Made by a program: the position numbers and the translations under genes. Positions 25,179 to 37,799 of a DNA stretch of 64,000 nt are shown here, piece after piece (within the stretch, counting starts at the first letter, position 1; every line of letters starts with the position of its first letter). The notes under the pieces were generated by a model that did no database searches, had not been told where the DNA came from, and saw only the letters and a program-made list of their open reading frames with translations. The stretch is taken from the NCBI RefSeq assembly GCF_030028105.1, contig NC_092396.1:23319289-23383288 (forward strand). The letters are read 5' to 3'. The DNA comes from Mobula birostris (Eukaryota).

Positions 25179-26322
25179 TTATTTTGTGGAATGACTGAAA
25201 TAGCCAAGCCAGTGTCCAATTCCATTTTAATTAATTTGCCGTTCACTGCTGGTGTAAGCCATTTTGCTGGTCTCTTGTTAATTTTACATTGTAAATCTCT
25301 TGGCTATCAGTCCTGTGACACTCACATCATTATTAGATCTTTCTTCAACATCTCTTTGAAATTGCAATTTGACTTTTTATCTTTTTCTCTTCCCTGTGCT
25401 GTCCATTTATTTTTGTCTGCCTAGCATGCTGTTTGTATGTGTCCTACTTTGTTGCACTTTCTGCAAGCTTCACCTTTATGCATTGGTCTTGTGTATGTCA
25501 GCCCCTGCCACAATGGTAACACATTTGTTCAGTCAGGCAGTTTCTGTTTAGACATTGCAGTTTTGTTCAGCCTCACTTTCATTCCTGACTGCAACACATT
25601 TGTGTCTATGTCAGCAGTTTCCATTGATACAGCTGTTCTCAATTGCTCTTTAAAATATAAGTTGTACTTCAGTTAGGAAACATTTTTGATATTTTTGTAG
25701 GATTCCATAAACTAAACAATCTCTCATTGCGCCATTAAGCCTGTTCCCAAATTGACAATGCTTAGACAATTTCTTCAATTCAACCACATATGCTGAAATG
25801 AACTCTCTTTCTTTTTGATTCTGATTATGAAACCTAAAGTGTTCTGCAATCAACAATGGTTTAAGTTCTAAATATTCCTGCATTGCTTTCACGACATCAG
25901 CAAAGCTAATTTTGGCTGATTTGGTTAGAGCAGTCAAACTTCTAAGCAAACTGTGTGCCTTGAATTCCAATGTACTCAGCAAAACTGGCACTTGCTTTTC
26001 ATTGCCGATTTCATTAGTTCTAAAATACTACTCAATTTACACAGTGTACAATATCCCATTATCTCATGTGCAATCAAACACGTCTATCTTTCCAATGTAG
26101 CCAGACATTAATGTTTTTTTTAATTTATGATTATTATCACCCGGTACTCACTGTTTATAAAACTGTGAATTTCATCCATTTTCTACTTTCTCAAACTCAA
26201 CCATGTTTGTCCCACCCTGAAGAAGCATGTGCTGTGCTTCTTTTTTTTTAACCTGAATGCCTCACTACACTTCAACAGGTAGCTAGTCAATCCGGGTTCA
26301 TTTAAAACTCCCTCATTTCTAT

Positions 26323-26550
26323 TGTTATGTTTTTAAACTCCAAAATATAAAACTAATTGAAAGGAAAACAAGGGAGCCAAGAGATAACGTGTGTAGTTTT
26401 GTTTTTACTTTAAGCATTATGACATATGCAATTCACTTATTTTTACATATAGCCCCTAACTAATGAATTATTTAAATGAGGAAGAATGGTTAATGTAACA
26501 GTATATTTACAATATTGCTCAGATACTACTGAAATATTAAATACACAACA
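26323..26550 (-). repeat. 5' LTR of the Gypsy element
   Basis: TGTTGTGTAT...CATAACA termini followed by a degenerate PBS-like ATAGAAATGAGG. Confidence 0.7.
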
Positions 26551-27689
26551 CAAAGTTTGATAGGTTCTTGGCTAGTCAGGGCATCAAATGTTACAAGGAG
26601 AAGGCAGGTGAATGGGGTTGAGAGGGATAACAAGTCAGCCATGATAGAATGACAGAACAGACTTGATGGGCTGAGTGGACTCATTCTGCACCTATGTATA
26701 TAGATAAGAACATGGACAGGAGGGGTTTTATCAATACATGTAGAGGAAGCTGGCTCATTGGGTAACACAGTCAACGTCGATGTGTTGGGTCAAAGGACCT
26801 TTGCCTTGCTGTGTGACTCCGTATGGCTTCAAGAATGACAAAGACAACAGGTTGCACATTATCCTGATTTGGAAATATTTCACCAGTCCTTCACTGTCGC
26901 TGGATCCCAATCCTGGAACTCCCTGCCCAACCACATTGAAGGAGCACATTCATCCGAGGACTACAGTGCTTCAAGGATGTAATTCCCCGTCACCTTCTCA
27001 GGGGCCCTTGGGCGAGGGCATTAAATGGTGGCTTTGTTGGCAATGCCCAGGTATGTCCTCCATGAACCTATTGGCTTTTTAAAGGAGAATTTATATTCTA
27101 TAAACTATATGTAGCTTTAAGTCCCAGCAAAGTATCTAATGAAGTCTCACGGAAGCGATCACCCTACCAGACACTCGTTAAATCCACTCCTACTCGTTAA
27201 CGACCACTGAACTCCCAAGGGAACCATGTGTAACAAAGGAGATTTTGTAACAATTAAGTGTAATGTTTAAACCACTCCTATCCTGCTTCATCTATCCGTC
27301 TGGGGAAGTTCTTTCACTCATAGAAGCCTTGTTCAACAGGTCTCATTGTATGCGATCAAAGATCCAATTTGCAAACCCACTCATTGGAACCGTGGCTTAC
27401 AGGGGTTTGCCTTCCTTGACCGCTCTGCTGGTAAATTAAATTCAGTTTGAACAGGCCCTGGCCTTTAAACAAATGCTCTTAGTTTTCTTAAATTTCCATT
27501 TACAATAAAAAAAAGCAAGTTTGTCTCAGTGCGGAGCAGCTCAAGTTGCTTATTACAAATCGCAGCTGGTGACCCATCTCCCGTAAAGTTCCCTGGGACT
27601 AAATGCGCTGGAGTCATTCACAGCTTGGAAGCTGATCCAGCAGACAGTCGAAGCATCAGATTCTAAAAGGGCAAAATTTGGGCACAGGC

Positions 27690-27975
27690 TCTTTGGCCGG
27701 TGAGACACACCAGCCGTCAACCACACACTTACACGAGTCCTGCAATAATCTTATTTTTTATTCTCTTCTCATCAGCTTCCCATCAGACTCTGCGCAGGGG
27801 GAGGAACGTGTGGCAGCCAGGTAACCAGCCAACCTGGAATGTGGAGCACTGTGGGAAACTCACCCAGTCACAGGAAGAACGTGCAGACTCCACGCAGACA
27901 GCACCCAAGGTAATGATTGAACCTAGATCTCTGGTGCTGCGAGGTGCCAGCTCAAATTACTGTGCCACTGGGCAC
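27690..27975 (-). mobile_element. tRNA-derived V-SINE (HE1-like)
   Basis: gtcacaggaagaacgtgcagactcc..gattgaacctagatc (B-box, reverse strand). Confidence 0.65.
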
Positions 27976-28087
27976 AAGTGGTTGTATCCAGTCTGGGTTT
28001 TGAAGAGAGAGGCCTCTCTCATTAACAAGGCATTTTTACCCACAGAACTGTCAGGCACTGGAGTTTTGTTCTGTTTGTCACACTATT

Positions 28088-28630
28088 AGAATAGAATAGA
28101 ACTTTATTGTCGTTGCTCAAGACAATGAGAATATGGTGCCTCTCCAGTCTGTGCAAAACAGATATTTACAATGCATATGATACAGCTTAATTTTTTAAAA
28201 ATCCCATTTTTACATGCAACAAGTGACTTTGATAGTCCATAACACCTAAAGGCCATCGGCAAGCCGGGGTGTAGCGATATTCAGCTGCACAACAGCCCTC
28301 GGGAAGAAGCTGTTTTTCAATCTTACTGTCTTGGTTAAGATATTTCTGTGTCTCCTACCAGACGGCAGGAGATTGAACGGACAGTGGCCAGGATAGGATG
28401 GGTCTTTAATGATGTTACGAGCACACCGTGGGCATCGAGAATTGTAGATTGTTTCCAGGTCCGGTTGTTGAGTCCCAATGGAGTACTAAGTTGTCATCAC
28501 CCATTGGAGTGCTTTGTGATCTGTCTTGCTGCAGCTGGAGTATCACACTTCCATTCTGCATGTCAGTGTGCTCTCTATCCCACATTGATAAAAGTTGGCC
28601 AGCAATTTTTGGAGCAGATGAACTCCCTTA
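28088..28630 (-). mobile_element. Rex-like LINE 3' fragment with (TTCTA)n tail
   Basis: tagaatagaatagaactttattg; gaagaagctgttttt. Confidence 0.6.
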
Positions 28631-28635
28631 AATTT

Positions 28636-29418
28636 TTTGTAAACTCTAGAGACTGTTGTGCATGAAAATCCCAGATCAGCAGTTTCTGAGATACTCAAAC
28701 CACCTCATCTGGAACAATCACTCCACGGTCAAAGTCACTGAGATCACACTTCTTCCCCATTCTGATATTTGGTCTGAACAACAACTAAAGGCTGACTTAC
28801 ACTTCTGTGTCAAGTTGACGCTGTAGGTACAGCATCACCGCGAACCCTACGCAGAGCCTACACGGATCTCTACGCTGTAGCCTGACTCACACCTCTACCA
28901 AAATGTAACTACACGTCGCGGCAACGCAGATCGCAACAACTGTGATTGGTCTGCTTCGTAGCATCGCATTTCCTCCTATGCTACAATAACTTCCCATTGG
29001 GCGACTGAAGGGTAGGGAAGGAACTCTGGCCGCAATGCTTTCCATAAAGCTTTACAGACCTCAGACATTATGGAGAACACATTTCACTTTTACAAAAAAA
29101 GACGCTCGCTTTAAACTTGTTTACCCCGAGGAAGACTACCATGACCATGAAGCCTTGCACGGACAGGTGTGTGCGCATGCGTGACGTGCCCGAATTGCAG
29201 AGCGACGCAGACACACCAACGCACAAGTATAAATGCTTACAACACACGTAGGCCACTTGCGTAGGTTACGGTGTCGAGTTGACACACAAGTATAAATCAG
29301 CCTTAAGCCTCGTAACCATGTCTACCTGCTTTTATACATTGAGTTGCTGCCTCATGATTGGCTGATTAGATATTTGCATTAATGAGCAGTCTACCTAATA
29401 AAGTGGCCACCAAGTATA
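28636..29418 (-). mobile_element. Tc1-derived element (same family as 2794-3352) split by a Harbinger MITE
   Basis: Reverse-complement match to ~2800-3060; ends ctaataaagtggccac. Confidence 0.85.
28789..29303. mobile_element. PIF/Harbinger MITE
   Basis: TIR AGGCTGACTTACACTTCTGTGTCAA / TTGACACACAAGTATAAATCAGCCT; 3-bp TAA TSD on both sides. Confidence 0.85.
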
Positions 29419-30029
29419 GTTGCACATTCACTGAAGCAATCTAAATCTCCTCTGTACTCCCTTCATTATCTCTACTGGTGCCTGGTTTTGTGTATATTCC
29501 TCTTATCCAAACCAGTGATATGGGCTGTGAACAGCTGGAAATGAACTCTGTGATGTTTCCTTAGTCAAAGCTTCCATGCAATTTAAAAATGACCCATTCA
29601 TTCCTAATGTCTCTTTTCTATCCATTAATCAGTTGGCAACCCAAATCTCACCCCCACATATTCAAATTGCCTGGAACTTCATGAAAAGTTTTCTACAAGT
29701 CCATTTACGGTAAAACTCCATTAACCACCCACCCAAGAGCAGGCGCCGAACTCTCCCTCTAAACTCGTAGGATTCCCACGCTCCCTTTAAACTCACCCTC
29801 GACAGAGTCCCGTTCCAGTTCTCCCTGTAAACTAACCAGAGTCTCACATTCTCTTTAAACTCACCTTGTTCACTGGAAAATGTATTGTTTACTTTAAAAT
29901 GGTGGTTGTCCATCATGTCCAATGTTGACAGGAAACCTGTGCAGGAGAGTTTTTGAAGTGTTACACTGGAGCAGTTCCACTCTCTCGACCTTAGAAGTCT
30001 GGGTAGAGTGATACAAACAAGCGTCACAA

Positions 30030-30385
30030 ACTGAGGTCTTGGTTGCAGTGGATTACCACGACGTCTTCTGTGCCGTGTCATGCCTTTGGCTCTCCACAGA
30101 GCGCTACAGTATCACTTTCCTAGCCGTTGGATCTTATAGATCTCATCAGCCCAGTCCGCCAGAGCTGACTTCACAAGCTAGGACCGGGATGTCCCCATCT
30201 CACCGGGGTGCAAGGCTGCCGGCTACCCCCACCTGGTGTAGCCAGCCTGTCGAAGTGCTGTACCCAGGGTGTGGCCGCTGTCACATGCAAACGGCTACTT
30301 GGAGCCGCGGGTGAGAGCTGAGTGTCTGGTGGGGACCAAAGATGGGTTAGCTGCCCCGGAATGGACACAACAAGCCCCTTCATCC
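30030..30385. mobile_element. Interspersed repeat, probably RTE-related non-coding part
   Basis: GC-rich repeat-like block; family assignment from recollection only. Confidence 0.35.
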
Positions 30386-31653
30386 TTTAAAATAGTTAAC
30401 TAAAATTGTGTAGGTCTATTAATAGGAGTAAGATCCAGAAGTCTGAAAAACTTGCTGGTGTGGCTCCACCAAGTCCTGAGGGTGCGGATATTTGGAATTT
30501 TATGATACACCACATCACACAGTTTCCCTTCTGTAAATTCACAGTGACATGGGCCAATTCTGTTCTTATTTTCCTGTTGTCTTGCTAATGGATTCCAACA
30601 TATTCCCTACTACACCCTCAGGCTAGTCTTCAGAAAGAGTTGATTAATAATCTTAGAGTCTGAGGGCCTTGAGGGAAGACAGCAAAATAATATGACAGAA
30701 TTTAAGAAAAAGATTGTAAGTTATTTAGCCCAAGGTCTTAGATCTAAACAAACAACAGCAGGTGATCTGAGATAGATATGTAGACTGCAAAATGATATTC
30801 ATGAGCCAGTAGACGAGCAGTGGCTGATATTTTAAGAATTAATATACAGTTTGTAACTAAGATATACATTTCTTTAAACTGCAAACTGCTACATGAAACA
30901 TGATCCAATTGAATCTATACAAAAAGAAAGGTTAAAGATAGTTTGAGATACCCATCCTCAAACTGGGGGCAAAAAGCAAAGAAGGACCGGGAAATTAAAA
31001 AGGAAAAGGGAGGTAAAATATTAGAGCTGTCGACCAGAAAACAAAATGGGTTTTAGAGATTCTGAAATGCTTCTGGCCTTCAAATCTGCATTTCAACAAG
31101 AGAACAAGGCTTTGGGCATTTGCCGAATCCCTAGATGAGGCTCCACATTCCTAACTCCATTTCGGTGATTAACACCATGACTTTGAGACTGATTGGTACT
31201 GAAATCACCAGAAAGCTCCCACTCTGCCACCTTCGCTGCTGCAGCTAACATTTTTCACACGCCTGAACGTGGGCGGGTAACAGTGCTCTTCTCCCGACTC
31301 AGAGCTAATCAGATTCCAAACCTTCAGCAGCCTGCATCCTCAAGGAGAAATAAACTCAATCAAAGGTTTTAAATCAGATTAATCAGCACAGAACATCTCG
31401 TGCAGAACCGAAAAAATAATTACATCTTATTTTTTTTAAATTGTAGCATGTTTTCTGAAATATGTGCCTCAGGACCCTGTCATTGTGACAGATTAAGGGG
31501 AATCTTTAACTCTTAGTATGCAAGTAATTTTGACTCCATATTCTCATGCTTCTAACTTGCTCCATTTCTGAAGGTGATCTGGCCTTCTTCAGTCAGCTCC
31601 TTAATTGTTTTAATACCAGACCTGCTGCTCAGCTTTTGGAAGAACGTCTAGAT

Positions 31654-32500
31654 ATTTATTTACTTATTGAGATACAGCACGGAATAGGCGCTTCTATGCC
31701 TCCCAGCAAAGCCCCAATTTAATTAATCCTAGCCTAATCATGGAGCAATTATCAATGACCAGTTAACCCAGTGGTCTCCAAAGCATGTGCTACAGGGTCG
31801 TGAGGAAACGATATGATTTGGCGATATGAGTCAGCTGCACCTTTTCTCAATCCCTGTCATGCACTGTTGAACTTGAAATAACCTACCAAATCATACCAAA
31901 TAACACATAACATATAGTAAAAGCAGGAATGATATGATAAATACACAGCCTATATAAAGTAGAAATAATGTATGTACAGTGTGGTTTCACTTAACAGAAT
32001 CAGGAAGATAAAGCCAAAACCGATTTGTAAAAAAAAATTGGCACGTACACGCATGCGCACGTCACACATGCGTACACCGGTGCCCGCGCAAGGCTTCATG
32101 GTCATGGTAGTCTTTCTTGGGGTAAACACAGATGTCCCATATTTGATTGCTACTTTTATCCCTTATTTGGGAGTGAGAAAGTCGGCAACTCTAACTGTAA
32201 AAGACATGTTGAGGTGAGTTTAACCCTACTCAAACACCCCCCCCCCCCACATCCGGTTGGCCAGACCGCAAGAACATTGTCAATATTAAACTGGTCCACA
32301 GTGCAAAAAAGGTTGGGGACCCCTGAGTTAACCTACCGACCAGTACGTCTTTGTACTGTGGGAGGAAACCAGAGCACCCGGAGGAAACCCACGCGGTCAC
32401 GGGGAGAACGTACAAACTCCTTACAGGCAGCGGCGGGAATTGAACCCGGGTCGCCTGTACTGTGAACCGTAGTGCTAACCACTATGCAACTGGGCCACCC
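31654..32500 (-). mobile_element. V-SINE (HE1-like) split by a hAT MITE
   Basis: gtgggaggaaaccagagcacccggaggaaacccacg...gggaattgaacccgggtc; (TAAA)n-like tail. Confidence 0.85.
31769..32325. mobile_element. hAT (Charlie-type) composite MITE
   Basis: CAGTGGTCTCC...GGGGACCCCTG; perfect 8-bp TSD AGTTAACC. Confidence 0.88.
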
Positions 32501-33129
32501 CATTTCTCTACATTAAATGCATTCCAAACTAATCTCTCGTATGAAAGTCAATGTAATCATTTTCACCTACACTGGACAAACTGAAACACAAAGATAATCC
32601 TGAGGATGAATTCTTGGAATACAATGGAGACACTTTCTTATGATAATATACTTTAACTCCAGATTCCAGCATCTGAAATATCCTGTGACATTCATTGGGG
32701 ATTCATGGGTTGGCTGGAATATAGATCTTGGGATAGTCCAAGGGAAATAGAAGAGGAAATTTGGAAGCTGGGCAGGTGCATTTTGCATTAGTGATCACAA
32801 TTCAGTTAATCTCAGCATCACTATTAAAGAAGACCAAAACAAAATAGGCTTTAAGATTATAAATTGGGTACAGCTTCTGGAAATTGCTAATTTAAGATAG
32901 ATCTGTCTTGAAATAATGGGAGAATATATGAGGAGATTCAAGGGTCTCAGGGCAAACATTCTCACATTAAGGAAGAGGATGGGGCTGCCAAGTCTAGATT
33001 CCCAGGAGCTGGATTAGAGTCCAGAATGTTGTTTTTATTATTTTTCCTTGTAGTTTTAACTTTCTTTACACTTGTTTAAATGTTTGTATAATTAGCAGTT
33101 TAGCTGTTAAACATTTATTGACTTGTAGT

Positions 33130-36002
33130 ATATTTAAAGCAACTTAATGATCTGCAGATTTGATGATCTTCTGAAGGACTCGGTGAACTAAGCAGGTACG
33201 GAACCTTCAAGCAGATGAAAGTTCATCACCATGTGGTGGGGAGTACTCCAAAGTCAGGCTGAACCGCAGGGGGGTGAGGCTCTCGTTACTCAGCATCTTG
33301 CTAGCAATGTGCAGTCGCTGGTAAATAAAATTGAGGACCTGAGGGCAAGATTGCTGCATTGGATGGAAATGAGAGATTGTCGTATTCTATGTCTGAGTGA
33401 GACTTGGCTGTCTTCCAGCACGCCAGGTACAGTGATCAGACTGGGAGTCTTCCTGATTTACTGGATGGATCAAACTGTTCATTTGAAAAAGGCAAAGGGA
33501 GGAGGTGTGTGTTTCATGATAAACTCTCGGTGGCGCTCTAATGTGGCAGTTTTGTCGAGCTTGTGGTCCCCCATAATTCTGACCACAGTTTACATACCAG
33601 GAGTAGCCGACTATAATCAAGCACTTGAGATACTGCATGATGCCATCTCCAAACAAGAAACAATCCATCCTGATATATTTCAACTCATAGTAAAGGACTC
33701 CATCCAGGCTTGTTGGAAGAAAACCCTGCCCAATTACCATCAGCAGATAACCTGTGGCATCCAGAGTTCCCAACACACTAGACCATTGTTATACTCATGA
33801 ATGAATACACCACAGTTGTCATGGACTTTATTAAAACAACTGTGGACAAGTGTGTCCCCACAAAATCATGCAGAGTCTTCCCCAGTCAGAAGCCCTGGAT
33901 GAAACACGAGATCCAAAACCTGTTGACAGCCAGATCAGAGGCATTCAAGTCTGGTGACCAAGAAAGTTACAAGAGGTCCAGGTATGATCTCCGGAAAACC
34001 ATCTCATGGGTGACATGGCAATTCTGGACTGAAGTTGAAAAGGGTGCTCGACAGTTGTGACAGGCCTTGAATACCATCATCTCCTAGAAAGTTAAATCAA
34101 GTGACATTGGCGACAGCAGGACTTCACTTCCAAATGGGTTCAATGCCTTGTATGCTCACTTTGAGGAACATGGAGGAACCATCACAAACTCTTACATCCT
34201 ACGATTTCAGTCTCTGAGGCTGATGTGTGAGCAGACTTTGTGAGGGTGAAGCCATGAAAAGCATACAGCCTAGAGGGGATACCTGGCTTAGTACTAAAGA
34301 CCTGTGCTGATCAACTTACTGGAGTACTCACTGAGATCTTTAACCTCTTGCTTCAGCAGCCTGAGGTACCCTCCTGCTTCCAGCAGGCTTCAGTTGTACT
34401 AGTGCCTCAATGAAATGTCCAGTAGTACTTACGTCCACAGTAATTAAGTGTTTTGAGAGGTTGGTGATGAAATATATCAAATCCTGCCTGGAAGATGACT
34501 TGGATCCACTCCAGTTTGCCTACCAGAGCAACAGGTGCACAGCAGATGCCATCTCACTGGCTCTTCACTCAACCCTGGAACACCTGGACAGAAAGGATGC
34601 TCTTTATTAACTACAGCTCAGTAATCAATGTCATTCATCCCTTCAAAATTAATCAATAAGTTTTAAGACCTTAGCCTCAGTACCTCTTTGTGTTTGGATA
34701 CTCAGTTTCCTCACTTGCAGAGCCCAGTCGGTTCAGATTGGCAACGACATCTCCTCCATAATCTGCATCAGCACAGGTGCACCACAAGACTGTGCTTAGT
34801 CCCTGCTCTACTCGCTTCACACTATAACTGTGTGACTAAGAACAGTTCCAATCCCATATTTACATTTGCTGATGACACCACTCCCACAGGCTGAATCAAA
34901 GGTGGTGATGAATCAGCATATCGGAGGGAGATTGAAAATCTGGCTGAGTGGTGTCACAACAACAACCTCTCACTCAATGTCAGCAAGACCAAGGAGCTGA
35001 TTATTGACTTCAGGAGATTGAAACCAGAGGTCCACGAGCTAGCTCTCATTGGAGAAGAGGTGGAGAGGGTCAACAACTTTAAGTTCCTCAATATTATTAT
35101 TTCAGAGGACCTGTTTTGGGCCCAGCATGTAAGTGCTTTTACAAAAAAGCATGATGGCGGCTCTACTTCCGTCGGAGTCTGTGAAGATTCAGCATGGCAT
35201 CTTAAACTTTGACAAACTTCTATAGATACGTCGTGGAGAGTATATGGACTGGCTGCGTCACAGCCTGGTATGAAAACACCAGTGCCCTTGAATAGAAGAT
35301 TCTTAAAAAGTAGTAGATAAGGCCCAGAAAATCACGGGTAAAGCCCTCCCAACCATTGAGCGCATCTACATGAAACGCTGTCACCGGAAATCAGCATCCA
35401 TCATCAGGGATTCCCCCCACCACTACTTCAGAACATGCTCTCATCTTGCTGCTGCCATCAGAAAGAAAGTACAGGGGCCTCAGGATTCACACCACCAAGT
35501 TCAGGTGGAGTTACTCCCCCTCAACCATTGGGTTCCTGAACCAAAGGGGATAATTTCACTTAACTTCACTTGCCCCATCATTGCAATGTTCCCACAATCA
35601 GTGGCCGCACTTACCAGGATTCCATCTCATGTTCTCGATATTTATTGGTTNNNNNNNNNNNNNNNNNNNNNNNNNNNNNNNNNNNNNNNNNNNNNNNNNN
35701 NNNNNNNNNNNNNNNNNNNNNNNNNNNNNNNNNNNNNNNNNNNNNNNNNNNNNNNNNNNNNNNNNNNNNNNNNNNNNNNNNNNNNNNNNNNNNNNNNNNN
35801 NNNNNNNNNNNNNNNNNNNNNNNNNNNNNNNNNNNNNNNNNNNNNNNNNNNNNNNNNNGAACAACTAAGTTGGTGCAGTCTTTCATTGATTCTATTTTGG
35901 TTATTATTCTATGGATTTACTGTGTATGCCCACAGAAAATGAATCTCAGTATTGTTTATGGTGACATTAATGTACTTTGATAATAAATTTACTTGAACTT
36001 TA
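33130..36002 (+). mobile_element. Near full-length decayed Rex1/Babar LINE (APE and RT), inside an older CR1 (~32650-33000 and ~36200-37650)
   Basis: LASNVQSLVNKIEDL..LCLSETWL; [22 protein letters not shown]; FADDTT; VERVNNFKFL. Confidence 0.88.
35651..35858. other. Assembly gap (208 N)
   Basis: Run of N. Confidence 1.
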
Positions 36003-36897
36003 GTATAGTTGGTTCTACATTTTTGTAGTTCTTTTATCTGCAAGGATGAAGTGTGACTCAGTCAGTACCTGCTGAACCCGATTCTTGTCCAAACTGGTCC
36101 AAACCAGCCTGCTCAGGTCCATTTGTTAATGTTGTGGTTAGTCACTGTTAGCTCTTTGCCTTGCCTGCCGGTACAGGATAAATCTGCCTGATCTGTATAT
36201 CCAATAAAATACCTGTAATCATAAGATTTGCACCTCATTCTTGACTTCTGAAGAACCTCTTGGACAACAGTTCCAGGGCATACACAGGGATAACAAGAGT
36301 TACCAACGATAGCAGGAGGCAAAACAGAGAAGTTTACCTTTGCTCAGTAGAACAGAGAGAACACTGAAAAAGTACGGAAAATGCAGGAGTGATCTCAAAA
36401 TGGAAATTAAGAAAACATAAAGGGAGTTTGAAGCAATAGCAGTGGGTAATTTTTTTTGTGTGCATAAAGAACAAATAGACAACTAAGAAAAGGAGAGGGC
36501 TGATTAAAAAGGTGTCCTACTTGTGGGGGTGGAGGAGGTGGAAACAGCTTAAGGCATATTCAGGGACTGTCTTCTTCTCATGGGGGAATGGCACCAGTGT
36601 TGACATTAAGGGCAAATGTGTGTGAAATCTTGGATAGGACTAACACCACAAAAGAGGAAGTATTGGGTGGATTAGCATTTTTCAAAGTTGGCATGAATGA
36701 AATATATTTTAGGGAGGAAATTACAGAGGTTCAGATGATTCCAGGTGATCTTTTTTGGCCATTGGAGAGCAGCCAGAGGATCAATGGACTGATAACAATG
36801 ATGAAAAGGGAATTAAAGAATAACTACAGAACAGTGAGTTTCAATTTGATTGTGAAAAAAAAATTGGAATCCATTTGAGGAGAAAGGGTTAGTCATA

Positions 36898-37118
36898 CCA
36901 TGCCTTGAAAAAGTATTCAACCCCAACCCTTTGCTGACATAAATGAGTATTACAACAGGGGATTTTTACAATTTCCCCTGTTTCTAGGCTCTACTATGAA
37001 AAAATGAGCATGTGACTTACAAATAAAAATTCAGAGTTAAATTGACGAAAATCCTTGCTTGAAAAACTCATTTATGTGAACAAGAGGTTTTGGGGTTGAA
37101 TACCTTTTCAAGGCACTG
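36898..37118. mobile_element. Tc1 MITE
   Basis: TA-flanked TIRs tgccttgaaaagtattcaacccc / ggggttgaataccttttcaaggcactg. Confidence 0.8.
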
Positions 37119-37799
37119 TAGTTGTTAAGGGAAGGTGGTGTTTGATTCATGGTTGCATTTTCTTAGGCAGTATGAGGACAGTGCGCCTCAAGCAGACCAC
37201 ATGGATTTTAGCAAAGATTTTGACCTGATTCTGCATGACAAAGAACTATAAGGCCATAGAATCTATGGGAGATTGACAAATTGTTCCCAGAACGTCCATT
37301 TGGGAATGCGTCAAAGGAATGTACAACTGAGTGGTGTAGGGAAACAGAAAGATGCATTTTCCCACCAAACAGATCAATAATATGGTTGCAAGTGTCTACA
37401 GGGCCACTTTCCCCTTTATTAGCAGAGGCAATAAAAGACCAGTGACATCATGCAGAATGTGCACAATGTTGGTTAGGCCTCAGCTTGATACACATTTGGA
37501 AGACTGGGGAATTGAGGGCCATTAAGAATGGGTTGAGTCCTGGGCCAGATCAGTTATGATTATATTGAATGTCAGGGGAAGCATGGGGGACCAGGTGACC
37601 CTCATCTTTTTCCTATTTTCCTGTGTTTTTGTGACATCCATAACCTTCATTGCAATAGACCTAGAACAGAAAGGTGGGATGGATTAAGGAGCTCTTTATG
37701 TCTGACACAGATGCAATGGGCCAAGTGGCCCTCTAATTTGAACATTTTCTATGATTCATTGAAGGGTTCATTTAACAATGACATGTATTGAGGAATTGT

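Larger units (their letters stand above)
22991..26550 (-). mobile_element. Decayed Ty3/Gypsy LTR retrotransposon: LTR, gag, protease N-part, [RBM25 insert], post-integrase tail
   Basis: gag ATG 26108 MSGYIGKID; KPLLIAEHFRFHNQNQKE..ISAYVVELKKLSKHCQF; knuckles CYHCGRG*HTQDQC and CRKCNKVGHIQTAC; protease IKMELDTGLAISVIP (DTG 25208-25216); pol C-terminus CQERHYPTRVRN..QRLN at ~23125-23185. Confidence 0.88.

Noticed and set aside
29662-30081. 139-aa minus-strand ORF, and a CRISPR-like repeat-spacer appearance at 29708-29870
   Set aside because: The ORF runs across unrelated repeats; the repeat units are too degenerate, the context is eukaryotic and there are no cas genes.
16704-31296. Identical 13-mer TGCTCTTCTCCCG at 16704 and 31284
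   Set aside because: A single 13-mer match is expected by chance in 64 kb, and the flanks do not extend.
35370-35980. Long ORFs in the ORF track
   Set aside because: Artefacts of the N gap.
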